Shown: in pieces, positions 1 to 12,429 of the stretch
Position numbering within the stretch: position 1 is the first letter of the stretch
Layout: every line of letters begins with the position of its first letter
NCBI RefSeq assembly: GCF_009914755.1
Contig: NC_060938.1
DNA from: the human T2T-CHM13v2.0 reference genome, Homo sapiens
Strand: one strand, 5' to 3'
Length of the DNA stretch: 64,000 nt
The notes under the pieces: model-generated
What the model was told of the DNA's origin: nothing
What the model saw: only the letters and a program-made list of their open reading frames with translations
Database searches by the model: none
Made by a program: the position numbers and the translations under genes

Positions 1-192
1 ACACATGCAAAGGCCCTGAGGCAGAAGCACAACTTCCTGGTGTCTTTGAAGATTGCAAAATAGAGGGGAGACTGACTGGCCTAGACATCAGAGAAGTGTC
101 AGGGGACAATATGGTTTAAAACATTCCTAGCCATGGAAGGTTTTAAGGAGATGAAAACATTATTTGCCTTATGCTTTGAAAAGACTTACTCT

Positions 193-433
193 GGATCACC
201 TGATGTCAGGAGTTCGAGACCTGCCTGGCCAACATGGCAAAACCCCATCTCTATTAAAAACACAAAAATTAGCCAGGCTTGGTGGTGCATGCCTGTAGTC
301 CCAGCTACTTGGGAGGCTGAGGCAGGAGAATCACTTGAACCCAGGAGTTAGAAGTTGTAGTGAACCCAGATTGCACCACTGCACTCCAGCCTGGGTGACA
401 GAGGAGACTCTGTCTCAAAAAAAAAAAATAAAT
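193..433 (+). mobile_element. 5'-truncated AluS element
   Basis: GGATCACCTGATGTCAGGAGTTCGAGACC through to an A-tail; 15-bp TSD AAAGACTTACTCTGG at 180-194 and 434-448. Confidence 0.95.
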
Positions 434-448
434 AAAGACTTACTCTGG

Positions 449-950
449 TTGCTCAGTGAAGAACAAAGTACAGGGAGAAAGAAAAAGTGGGAGAGGAGTT
501 AGGAGGCTATTTTCATAATCCATGAAAGCAATAACTTAAAGTGAAGCAGGTTGTACACAATGGGTGTGGCAAGGGAAGCTCAGATTCTTAATGCAGTTCA
601 ACAGTGTATGCTGATATGAGGTGTAAGAAACAAAGAGGGGTCAGGACAAGTTTTCTGGCCTAACGGCCGGTACGCTGGAGGTGCTATTTACTGAGTCGGA
701 GAAGACTGAGGAGTGTTGGGCCCAGGGGTTGAAGGTGGAGGATCAAGAATTCCCTTATGGATGTGTGATAGTTGAGTTGTCTATTAGTCTTCCAAGTGGT
801 GATAATCGGCAGATAATTAGATATGAGTCTAAATTTTAGAGGAGAGGTAGGAGGTGGAAATATGTGTTCATGGACCATGCACATATACATGGAATTTAAT
901 GCCATTGGGCTTCATGAGATCACAGAGGCATGAGTGCACCAAGAAAAAAG
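449..950 (-). mobile_element. L2 LINE remnant (also 1-180, split by the Alu)
   Basis: Purine-rich L2-like text (gttaggaggctatt, ggaggtgctatttactgag, atgagatcac); boundaries approximate. Confidence 0.6.
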
Positions 951-1559
951 GTTGAGAATGGTTAAAAGGTAAATGTTCCTTCTACATTTTGAATTTATAG
1001 TAATAATGACACAGTAGCCAGTTGCTGAAACACTACCCAGTCCAGAGTAAAACAAATTTCCTATTTTATCAAATCATTGAATGCCATTTAAAATTCAGAA
1101 TACTTGCAGAGATCCCAAATATCTTAATAAAGATGAAAGCCTAAGTTCACATTGGTGGCCTAGACTCTGCCTTCCCTGATCGTCTATTTAAAAATAACAA
1201 TAATGATAATAATAAGAAGAAATATTCATGGATCACTAGATATGTTGAAATACACTCAAAGGTAAATTCATTTCTTTTCTACTATACCCTTGTAACTATC
1301 AGTCTATAAAATAGCTTTATTAGAAAGGCACAGTCACCCTCAAGCCAATAGCAGCTTATAAATACAGGGCAAGGAGCCTGGTGTGGGGAGGCTGAGAAAT
1401 AATTGAGAGAACCAGTAGATATGAAGCTAATAAATAACACTGTCGACCAGAATGAGGCAGATAAGCCAGAGGCAGTGCAAATGGCCAGTCAAGACAGGTA
1501 GACAGACAGAAGCCAGGAGTGAGAGACGGGATGTCCAAAGTGCAATAAAACACTCAAGA

Positions 1560-2110
1560 ACCAGTGAATCCATGGGAGCTTACAGCAAGGGGGTGGATGA
1601 AGGAAGGAGCATCCAGGTAGAGGGGAAGGAATGGAGGTGTGAACCGGAGGCAGGAGAGCACAAGCTATTTGATATGTTTGGAGAGCGAGGTGCTTTTTTG
1701 AGGCTGAGAAAATAACTGGAAGCCAGAATCTGGAGGACTGGGTAGACAATGTTAAACAGCAAGCACTTGATTCTGCACGTGTTGGAAGCCAGTGCGGGGC
1801 TTCTAAGCAAGGCAGTGACATGATCACATCACATTTTAGGAAGGGTACAAATTAGGCATGACCACAGGCAGGAAGACCCGAGAGATCTCTTACAGTCAGG
1901 GATAAGAGTCTAAACGACAAGATGGCCATGAACATTCAAAGAAAGAAGACCGAAGAGACTTTAGAGGGCAGGCCCCACGGGACCTGAGTGAAGGGGTTTG
2001 GGAGACACAGCTTTCTGCTGTGAAGTCAAGGATATCACAAACTATCGGAATGAAAGAAACAGTCCTAGGGCTAGGGGTAGGTGGATGAATGTGGTTCCAT
2101 TTTGAACAAG
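1560..2110 (-). mobile_element. L2 LINE remnant
   Basis: ggaagccagtgcggggcttctaagcaaggcagtgacatgatc resembles L2 consensus; boundaries approximate. Confidence 0.5.
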
Positions 2111-3089
2111 AGGAGAAAATTCAGGTAATTCATTTTGATTGATCACGCAAAATAATTTGCAGCTGAACATTATAGAAGCAACAAAAATTCTTATGATATT
2201 GGGGTATAGGAAACAGGCTCAAGAAAGCACAGTATTTCCTGTTTCTTTTCAGATTCAATAAATAATATTTTCTGCTAAGGTTTTTGATAACTGTTGTTTT
2301 AATTAATCAAAAGGAGACAAGATAAATTTGAACTTAAAAGCATAAGAAAATCAGTTGTCTTTTTAGAAAAGGTGAGTCAGTATTTCCTATGGTCTTAAAT
2401 CATCCTTCAAATAATGGTCCATGAAACAAATGAGATCCTACTTATCTAGCCTTTTCCTTGATAGATTAAAAACTGTACCAAAATCTTACTATATTGCAAA
2501 GACACTAGTTCACTCAATTGAGAATCCTCAGTATACAAACACATAAATCAAGGGAACTTTAAAACCAATCATTGTGTTCAAAATGGGAAGATTATTCCAA
2601 TTTTTTTCTACATATTTTAGAATAATTTCACAGTTAAACACCCTGTAGCTTATAAAATCATTATCCAGTATTTAATAAAGTATATCTATAACAATATCAA
2701 CATTGGAATTTAAGAGTTTACAAAGCACTTTTGATACATCACATTTAAATGAAGGCGGCAACAAGTTCAGTACAATCATGCAGATTAGAAAACAGTTTTT
2801 GAAGATTGTATTTGTTCATTTAAGTCAGAAGGTTTGAACTATTTCCTACCCCTGCTATGGGTTTAAGCCTAAGAAATGTTATTCATCATGATTTGGTCTT
2901 TAAATAAATCACGAAAGTAGAGGGTAGAGCACACCCCATGAATGCACTGAGGTGCCGTAAGGCTCCAACACCAGAGGCGGCAGGTTGGAATTTAGTTCAA
3001 TCACGAATTTGTTATGAGAACTCTGACAAGCTTCAGCTCTAAAGTAAGCTTGGAAACACAAAGAAACTCTGCGAAAAATACTGAACACA

Positions 3090-3090
<1 letters not shown>

Positions 3091-3128
<38 letters not shown>
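3091..3128. repeat. (AC)19 microsatellite
   Basis: Read directly. Confidence 0.98.
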
Positions 3129-3130
<2 letters not shown>

Positions 3131-4151
3131 CTCTCTTTTAAGACTGGCATAGAAGATGTAAGTGTACCAACAAGCAACCTCCAAAGAGCAAATGAAACAG
3201 AAAATTCAAACGAGTGCCTGGTAGGAGTTGTAACTTCAACAAAGTGCCTCTCATATCTGCCTCATAAACCCGTACTCATTTTTCACAACTAACTCACATA
3301 GCACCTCCTCAGTGACACCTTTTCTGTTCTGCCTACCAGATATATCTGCAGACCTAGTGTATCCTCTCGCCCAGAACACAGGGCATCTTATACAGGGGGC
3401 TCTATCTACAGGGAGCTCTATGCTTTGACAGGAACTGTGAACCTATGGGCAGCAGTTTTTCAATTCATGTTTGTGGCTCTCATTACAAATGTCCTGCCTC
3501 AGGCACCCAGCAGGTGGTAATAAATGCTGGTTGAACACTAAAACTTTGGAATGCTACATCATTATTCTAAAGGATAGTCATTTTTTTAAAACATTTTGGA
3601 AGTTCTTTTGAAACGGACTTTTTAGATTATGAAAATATCTCAGTGATAGGTTTTGATTTTCCAAGTTAGACCTTATTTTATTTTAGAAACCGTCAAAGTT
3701 ATACAAAACCAAGCATGTGTCTCTGTGCATTTTGTATTCTCTCCTCCCTTAATGGTAAGGAAGGGTTTCAACTCTTTTATAGGCCAAATGCTCCACAAAT
3801 GAATGTGTTAACGAATGAACAAATTAATAAATGACATGAATGAGAGCTCAAACTGCATAAAAGTATACTTACTTAAAAATGAGATGTGACGATTGCTAAC
3901 ATGTCATAATCAGACTCTGTCCTGACTTCGGCAAGCCACAACTTTGACAATAAAGAGGAAAGAGGATCAAGTCCCTAAATACCGCAGGTGCACTAAGACC
4001 TTTCCACGTGCCCGAAGAAGATACACTTGCAGAGGAGAAATGATGATACAGAGGCCTGCTCCGAGATGCAGGAGGAAGTTTAATTGCCTGTGAATTTGAC
4101 TGGAATGGCAGTCAAACGAGGTTTGAAAGGAAATAGAGATTGTTAAACTCC

Positions 4152-4365
4152 TGACTAGGCGATAACTGCCGTCCTTCTCTTCTATCTGTCCCTGTTACTA
4201 GGAAATAACTGCCCTCCTTCTCTTCTATCTGCCCCTGTGACTAGGCGATAACTGCCGTCCTTCTCTTCTATCTGCCCCTGTGACTAGGCGATAACTGCCC
4301 TCCTTCTCTTCTATCTGTCCCTGTGATTAGGCGATAACTGCCCTCCTTCTCTTCTATCTGCCCCT
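4152..4365. repeat. 43-bp minisatellite, 5 copies
   Basis: Unit TGACTAGGCGATAACTGCC(G/C)TCCTTCTCTTCTATCTG(T/C)CCCTG starts at 4152, 4195, 4238, 4281 and 4324. Confidence 0.97.
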
Positions 4366-4544
4366 ACCTTGGGCCCCAAATGACTCAGCACTAAAATGCC
4401 TTGAGCAGGCTCCAGCCCAAAAGTGGCCTCCACGGGCAGTACTTCCCACTCTGCTGCACTGCCTTGCTTTCCTCCTGGCGGGGAAGAAAGAAGGAAGGAA
4501 AGAAGACCCAGAGCTGGAATCATACACATCATCGCAATTCATCC

Positions 4545-4690
4545 ACACCGCAGTCCTGTAAGGTATGTGCCATTGTACTCAGAAAACTGAGGCTCAAAGA
4601 GATTGAGCAACTTATCTAAGACCTCACAGGTCCTGAGAGCAGAGTCTGGATTTCAAACACCTGGGAGACTCTGAAATCCATGTTAGCTCT
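4545..4690 (-). mobile_element. MIR SINE
   Basis: MIR core gaaaactgaggctcaaagagattgagcaacttatctaagacctcacag. Confidence 0.7.
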
Positions 4691-6150
4691 TCTATACATG
4701 GGCCCAAAATGCAGCTGTACACCAGCAAGACTGAATTCCTCTTGTGGCTTATCACTAGCTCTGAATACAAGAATCTTCAAAATGCTTTATAAACAATAGT
4801 AGCGTCATGGGAATAAGTTGACAAGTTCCCAGAATTACTGTTTTAGATGCACTTGAACTTTTTCTCCATGTATAGAGTCAGGAATAAGGAAAAAGGATCC
4901 AAAGGAGAAGGAGAAAAATAAAACGGGACTGAGCCTTATACTTCTTGACCAGAACAGATAATGTTGGGATTTTCCTTACTTTTTTTCCAGACAAATCCAA
5001 TAAAGACATCTGTTTCTGTTACCTAAAACCAACTTGAAAAGTTTGCTCCCTCCCACCCTAAGCGGCTTTGTATAGAGCCCACAGTTGAACATTGGTTCCA
5101 ACGGCAAAGGTTAATTTCAAAGTTTTTATAATATTATTCAAAGCACGTTTGATTTCAGCCTTGGCAACCATGGGCAGAATGTCAGCAATGCTCCCTCTAT
5201 TAAGTATTGGAGAGAAAACACTGCGAAACTCTAAGACCTTGGTTATTGGGCCAATGAAACATTTATGCCCTGATCAGATGGAGCAAAACTTCGGCAGGGT
5301 TAGTGAGCCACCTTCCGAGTGTACCAGTGAAGCTCTTGCCTGCTGTTACAGATAAATGACTTTCGTTTCACTATTGGCTTGTGCTTGAGAAGGTTATTCA
5401 ATTGATTCCAGTTGTTTGCAATGCCTTGAAGACAAATAATTTTGTAGCATCCACTGTCCTCATAATACACTGTTTCTTTTCTAAGGAAGGTTGTTGTCAT
5501 AATACCCTAGATATCAACAGAAAATATTCCACTTCTTATCATATATTAATTTTGCTCTGGAATAAGTACATGTAACTACCAGAATGCTAATGAGGATGTT
5601 ACGCTGATGTTTATTTGTGTGTTCTAATCTGTAGATAAACAGCAAGGTCTCTTATAATTCATGATTCCAAGTCTCAGGCCACAGCAGGACAAGTATCAAA
5701 ACATCTATTCTCAATTCGGAGTTGAGATTTCTAATAAGAATTCTATTTTATCCATATTCATAAAATAGCACCAGGAAAAGTCAATATCTTAAAATACAGA
5801 TCGTTGAAAAGTAGATCTTTCTGCCCTTAACGTAAACAAACTGTAAAATCTGAAGTTGAAATTATTCCTTGTACCAGCCTCCTAATTTACCCAGAGTTAA
5901 CAGAAAAGTTATAGCAGTGCATGAAGCTGTGAGGTTTTGATGGGTGTAGATATAGACATCCAATTCTGCCATTTCACACTAGTCAGAATACCAGTCATAG
6001 AAATCCCACAGGAAAAATCATTTCTGAAGGTATCTGGTCTTATAGATTATAAAATTAAACTTTCTTATCATTGTACCTAAACCGAAATATGCTTCCTATA
6101 CAAAGAAGGTTTCTTTCAAGGGTTAAGACCACCACCCGCCATCCCCCTTA

Positions 6151-6170
6151 ACACACACACACACACACAC

Positions 6171-6207
<37 letters not shown>
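6151..6207. repeat. Compound (AC)10(AG)n microsatellite
   Basis: Read directly. Confidence 0.97.
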
Positions 6208-6208
<1 letters not shown>

Positions 6209-7922
6209 TTGAGAGCATTAGTGGTTTTCTCCCTTAGACTGATTTTTTCTTGCTGTTATTTTCAGCCACTTTGTTAACGGTGAGGTTAAAGGGCAGGATA
6301 GATGTAACACCCATTTCACATACATGTTGCAACATCAGAGATGCTAGTCTTCATTAAAAATACCAGTTCTAAATTCCTTCTAAAATATATTTTTAAAAAT
6401 CAGTACACTTGGTACCTTGGAAATGCTGAAATGTTATCATGAATGCTGGTTATTTGTTATGAATCAACTGAATATTATCTTCAATATAAACTATAATTTA
6501 CTGGTCTGAACACTCTTCCTATCTTACCTGTATATACTCAAAGGTGCAATTTCTCATGTTTAGCAAATTGTTCTTTAGGTAATTTGTTCTTTAGTTTTTT
6601 TGTACAAAAGTACAAAATAGTTATCACAGCAAACTTTCCAGTATTTATTATTTTGAAGCTATATATTTTGGAGTGAACTTGGTTTTTTTTTTCCATGTCA
6701 GGCTTGAGCAGGATAGCAAATATATAAATTGAGCTCTCTAATTATAATCTCAATATATGAATTCTTGCTAATTAAAATACTTTGCACAAGCAAAAACAAT
6801 TGCCACGTATGTGTTTAGGAGGTAGTTAAGTAACTCCATATAAAAATAAGTGCACTTACACCTCCTTTCTTCAGTGACTAGAAAACTTCCATACTTTTAA
6901 AATAATCAAATAATAATTTAGAGAGCAACAGCCCTCAACTCTTTGCTGGTGCTTATCACACTGCCTTTCTTCACTCCATTCTTAGCTCTGCTAGTTTCTT
7001 CTTGTCAGTAATGATAATAAGGGAATGTGGGTGGGTCAGCACTTCTGTGTAGGTCCCCTTTCCAAATTTGTCTTCCAAAAAGCCAACCAAATAAACAACC
7101 AAAAAATTGTGCAACAAAACACATATAGCATTCCAACAGCTTGGCAAGTGATGCATTCACCTGAGATTGAGTGGTTTTAGGCGGTCAGTAACAAAATGCT
7201 TCTTTGTTGTCTTAGTAGAAAGGCAACAAATTCTTCAAAGAAACCAAGAAGGTTACTACCTTGACAACGTCTCTCATTACCTTCCTCTTCTTATGTCTTT
7301 TCTCTCCACATTATCTGTTGTGTATCTACTATAGAAGGCTACAAAACATACAGAAGAAAGGATGGCTTGAAGGCAACTGATGTTTGTAAATAAATTCACA
7401 ACAAGGTCCAAGCTGAAGAGGTGAACACATCAACCGGGTTGGACAATTCTCAGCATGTGCAAACATAGGCAAATTCTAGCCTATGTTACATTGAAAACAA
7501 TGTTAGTGCATTTTTTTCATGTTAAAGATTTTTTCAAAGCTAAAGCGTGTTCTTTGCTGTGCTGACCACAGACAACTTTTAAGAGTTTCGGAAGTCTGGC
7601 AAAAATAGAAAAAAAAAAAAAAAAAAGCTGAAGCAACATTGAACCGCACAATGTAAGCATTGGGCATGCACAAATTTTCAAAACAAAGGAAGGAAATAAT
7701 CCCTCTCTACAACGTGGTTAGGCTGATTTTTAAGAAATAAAATGTAAGAAATCAGAAAAGTAAATGTTTGGCACCTACATATCCAATATCTGGCACAGTG
7801 CAGAGTAGAAGAGTGAAAGAAATAATGAAGAACAAAGTGGTTACTTTGCTTCAGGAGTTCATGATCTATAGTTAGAAACCAATATAAACATTTTGAGTAT
7901 ATTTCAAAGAAAGAGAAAAGCA

Positions 7923-8060
7923 GGCCGGGTGTGGTGGCTTGCACCTCTAGTAATAACAGTTTGGGAAGTTGAGGTGGGAAGATTGCTTGAGCTCATGAAT
8001 TTGATACCAGCCTGAGAAATATAGTAAAACCTCATATCTATAAAAAAATTAATTAAAAAA
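7923..8060 (+). mobile_element. Free left Alu monomer (FLAM-like)
   Basis: GGCCGGGTGTGGTGGCTT...GCCTGAG followed by an A-rich tail; single monomer. Confidence 0.85.
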
Positions 8061-8542
8061 AGGCAGAGCAAAAACAAATATGCAAGAAAACATTAGAAAT
8101 CAGAGCTCGGGCAAAGAGTTCAACGTGAGCAAAGCAGCTCTGCCCTGGGGGACCTCTGGAGCATCCCGGCTTCCTGTAGAGGCCCAACCACATGGCCCTT
8201 TCCCATCACTGGGAACCGTCTTCTGTAACATGCCAGGATTTCCCCCCAAACTTCTCAACCTAATTTATTCAGCCAAAACCTATATATTTCTTGAATCCTT
8301 ACTAAAAGCAAGGCACTGTTCAACATAATGAAAATATGTCAACGATATAAAACAAAAATGTTTGCCCTCAAGCAAATTATATTCCAGTGAGAAAAGACAG
8401 ATCATTAATAAAATAAATATGTAAAATATATAATATGCCAGAAGGTAATAAGTGGCACAGAGAAAAATTAAGTTTGGAAGAGAGCTCAGGAATGCTGGGA
8501 GCAGGTAGATGTGAAGGTAGTTACAATGCTCAAGGAGGGAGT

Positions 8543-8910
8543 AATAGGCAGAAGAATGGACTTTCTACATGTCCATATCCCTATATGGCAAAAAGGACTT
8601 ATGGATGTGATGAAGTTATGGATCATGAGATGAGGAGATTATTCTAGATTACCCATGTTGGCCCATTGTCATCACAAGAGGACTTAAAAGCAAAAGAGGG
8701 AGGCAGGAGAGTCTGAGGCAAGAAGCGTGACAGCTAGGGTCAGAATGATGTGGTTGCTGCCTGGAAGGGGGCCAGGGGCCAAGGGATGCAGGCATCCTTT
8801 CAAAGCTGGAGAAGGTAAGAAAGTGTTCTCTCTCCCCTAGAGAGAGTGTGTGTTCTTTTAGGCTACTAGAGGTGTGCTAATTTATTCCAGCAATCATAGA
8901 AAACTTATAT
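8543..8910 (+). mobile_element. MLT1 (MLT1D-like) MaLR solo LTR within L2 sequence
   Basis: atatggcaaaaaggactt, gagattattctagattacc, and cagcaatcatagaaaact end. Confidence 0.7.
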
Positions 8911-9264
8911 AGATAAGGTCTCACTGAGAAGATAACATTTGAACAAAGATTCCAAGGAGGTGAGGGCACCAGCTATGCAGATATCTGGGGAAGAGCACTC
9001 GTGGAAGAAAAGGCAGGCAAACAGCAGGGTGCCTAGCCCATGTGCATGAAGTAGAGAACACTGGGAGTCAGAAGGCTAACAGGAGACAGGTCAGAGAGAG
9101 GGACTGGGGTGGGTCAACTCACACTCAGCCTCACTGGCTATTGTAAGAATTTCGAGTTATTCTGAGACACTCAGTATAGGAGAGTCTATGAATATTTATA
9201 GAAATTCTGAACGTTTACAAGATCAATAAAATTTGTATGCTAGCAAACCTATTGGTTGGGTGGG

Positions 9265-9385
9265 GGAAAGCCCAGATTTGTAGCATTTGCTGATTTACAT
9301 TGTGTAAATATTTCTACTGATGGTTTGACAAACACTTCATAAAATTTCTGGGTACTTAATTATCAGCTCCAGTAGAGCGCTGCAT
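9265..9385 (-). mobile_element. MER63-like hAT DNA transposon fragment
   Basis: aaagcccagatttgtagcatttgctgatttacattgtgtaaata resembles reverse MER63. Confidence 0.45.
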
Positions 9386-9985
9386 GTATGACACCACATT
9401 TGCCAATTCCACACTAGATTCTATTGGGAACAAGCTGTATGAGAGTCAACTGGTGGCAGAAATAAGGAAGTCCTCAATAAAAATCAGCATTTACTTTTGA
9501 CAGATGTGACATTCTGAAACTTATTTCTCTTTACTCGCTCTGCCTGGTGATTAAATTATGATTTTAAAAGAAATAGTTTTAATTTCTTATTAGAATGCTG
9601 CCACCAAATAAATAAAATACGTACTTTAACTATATGCAATCTTGTCTATATTATACTGTTGTCAACAGAAACATTATCATGGGCCAACTTCATGAAAGGA
9701 GATATGTGATAGAAGATGGAGTAGTTGGAATGGAAAAAAAAAGTCAAATTTTACTTTGGATTAATCAGAGGGAAGAAAGCAAGCAGACAGGAAAGGAAAG
9801 GCAAGCTTAGCCAAGTTGAAGAGGCTGAACTCAGGAGGCAGTGGGAGAATAGGATCATAGTTTGAAGAGAGCTGCGAGGCTGTTTACTCCAGTTGAGAAT
9901 CATAATCCCAGAAGTCCCAGTCACAAACACCATAACACTGAATGTTGAAATCCTGAAAGATTAAAATTCCTAAGGTCTAAATTCT

Positions 9986-12368
9986 CTTTTTTTTATAGAG
10001 ACAGAGTGAATTGGTTCATTCTCATGCTCCCAATAAAAACATACACGAGCCTGGGTAATTTACAAAAGAAAGAGGTTTAATTGACTCACAGTTCAGCATG
10101 GCTGGGAAGGCTTCAGAAAACTTACAATCATGGTGAATGCAAACAAGAAGCAAGGCACCAGGAAGTGCTGAGCAAAAGGGGAAAAGCCGCTTATAAAACC
10201 TTCAGGTATCACTCACTGCCATGAGAACAGCACGGGGGTAACCACCCCCATGATTCAATTACCTCCAACTGGGTTCCTCCCATAACATGTAGGGATTATG
10301 GAAACTACATTTCAAGGTGAGATTTGGGTGGGGACACAGCCAAACCATATCATTCTGCCCTCAGACCCTTCCAAATTTCATGTCCTTACATTTTAAAACA
10401 TGATCATGCCATTCTAACAGTCCCCCAAAACTTAGCTCATTCCAGCATTAACCCAAATGTCCAAGTCCAAAGTCTTATCTTAGACAAGGCAAGGCCCTTC
10501 TGCCTATGAGCCTGTAAAGTCAAAATTAAGTTAGTTACTTCATAGATACAATGAGGATATAGGCATTGGGTAAATACATCTGTTCCAAATGGGAGAAATT
10601 GGCCAAAATGAAGGGACTGCACGCCCCATGCAAGTCCAAAATTCAATGGGTCAGTCAAATCTTGAAGCTCTGAAATGATTTCCTTTGACTTCATGTCTCA
10701 CATCCAGGTCACGCTGAAGCAAGAGGTGGGCCCTCATGGCCTTGGGCAGCTCCACCCCTGTTGCTTTGCAGGGTAGAGCCTTCCTCCTGGCTGCTTTCAC
10801 AGGATGGTGCTGAGTGTCTGTGGCTTTTCCAGGCAATACAGTGTAAGCTGTCAGTGTATCTACCATTCTGGAGTCTGGAGGATGGTGGCCCTCTTCTCTC
10901 AGCTCCACTAGACAGTGCCCCAGTGGGGACTGTGTGGGGGCTCTGACCCCACATTTCCCTTCTGCACTCACTGCCCTAGCAGAGGTTCCCCATGAGGGCT
11001 CCGTCCCCGTCACAAATTTGTGCCTGAACACCCAGGCGTTTCCATGCATCCTCTGAAATTTAGGTGTAGATACCCAAACCTCAATTCTTGACTTCTGTGC
11101 ACCCACAGGCCCAACACCTAATGTAAGCTGCCAAGGCTTGGGCCTTGTACCCTCTGAAGCCATGGCTTGAGCTGTACATTGGCCCTTTAGCCATGATTGG
11201 GACACAGGGCACCAAGTCCTGAGACTGCACAGAGCAGCAAGTCCCTGCACCGGGCCCATTAAACCATGTTTTTCCTCCTAGGCCTCCTGGCCTGTGATGG
11301 TTTGAGTTGCCGTGAAGGTCTCTGACATGCCGTGAAGACATTTTCCCATTGTCTTGGTGATTAATATTTAGTTCCTCGTTACTTATGCAAATTTCTGCAG
11401 CTGGCTTGAATTTCTCTCCAGAAAATGGGTTTTCCTTTTCTATCTCATCATCAAGCTGCAAAATTTTTAAAACTTTTATGCTTTGCTTCCTCTTGAACAC
11501 CTTGCTCCCTAGGAATTTATTCTGCCAGATACCCTAAACCATGTCTCTCAAGTTTAAAGTTCAACAGATTTCTAGGGCAGGGGCAAAATGCCATCAGTCC
11601 CTTTGCATAGCAAGAGTCATCTTTACTCCAGTTCCCAACAAGTTCTTCATCTCCATATGAGACCACCTCAGCCTGGACTTCATTGTCCATGTCACTATCA
11701 GCATTTTCCTCAAAACCATTCTGCAAGTCTCTAGGAAGTTCCAAACTTCCTCACATTTTTCTCTCTTCTTCTGAACCCTGCAAACTGTTCAACCTCTGCC
11801 TGTTACCCAGTTCCAAATTCACTTCCACATTTTTAGGTATCCTTATAGCAAAGCCCCACTACCTCAGTACATATTTACTGTATCAGTCCATTCTCATGCT
11901 GCTAATAAAGACATAACCAAGCTTGGGTAATTTATAAAGTAAAGAGGTTTAATTGACTCACAGTTCATCATAGCTGGGGAGGCTTCAGGAAACTTACAAG
12001 CATGGTAGAATGCAAAGGGGAAGCAAGTCACCTTCTTCATGAGGTGGCAGGAAGGAGAAGCACAAGCAAAGGGGGAAAAGCTCCTTATAAAACCATCAGA
12101 TCTTGTGAGAACTCACTCACTATCATGAGAACAGCATGGGGGTAACTGCCTCCATGATTCAATTACCTCCCACTGGGTCCCCATCATGATATGTGGGGAT
12201 TATGGGAACTACAAATCAAGATGAGATTTGGTTGGAGACACAGCCAAACCATATCATGGGGTCTCACTTTATTGCCCCGGCTGATTTCAAACTCCTGGGC
12301 TCAAGTGATCCTCCTGACTTGGCCTCCCAATGTGCTGGGAATACAGGCATGAGCCACCATGCCCAGTC
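9986..12368 (-). mobile_element. Alu monomer (FLAM/AluJ-like) split by THE1 into 9986-10006 and 12257-12368
   Basis: Poly-T plus tagagacagag, resuming as ggggtctcac...gagccaccatgcccagtc; TSD ctaa(g/a)gtctaaattct at 9970-9985 and 12369-12384. Confidence 0.85.
10007..12256 (-). mobile_element. Full-length THE1 (THE1C/D-like) MaLR retrotransposon: LTRs 10007-10352 and 11879-12256, internal 10353-11878
   Basis: Two direct LTRs ending cagccaaaccatatca; internal broken ORF ELPRDL..NADSDMDNEVQAEVVS.GDEELVGNWSK typical of THE1-int. Confidence 0.95.
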
Positions 12369-12429
12369 CTAAAGTCTAAATTCTTAACATCTAAAATCCA
12401 GAAAATCACAATCACAGGAGAGTTGTACC

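Noticed and set aside
133-351. Alu-derived ORFs (also 14594, 17135, 50449, 60344, 63062)
   Set aside because: Standard Alu translation artefacts
4152-4365. CRISPR-like array
   Set aside because: Units are contiguous with no unique spacers, there are no cas genes, and the context is primate DNA; it is a minisatellite
10651-11744. Minus-strand ORFs of 202, 139 and 75 aa
   Set aside because: Frameshifted pieces of the THE1 internal ORF, not a host gene
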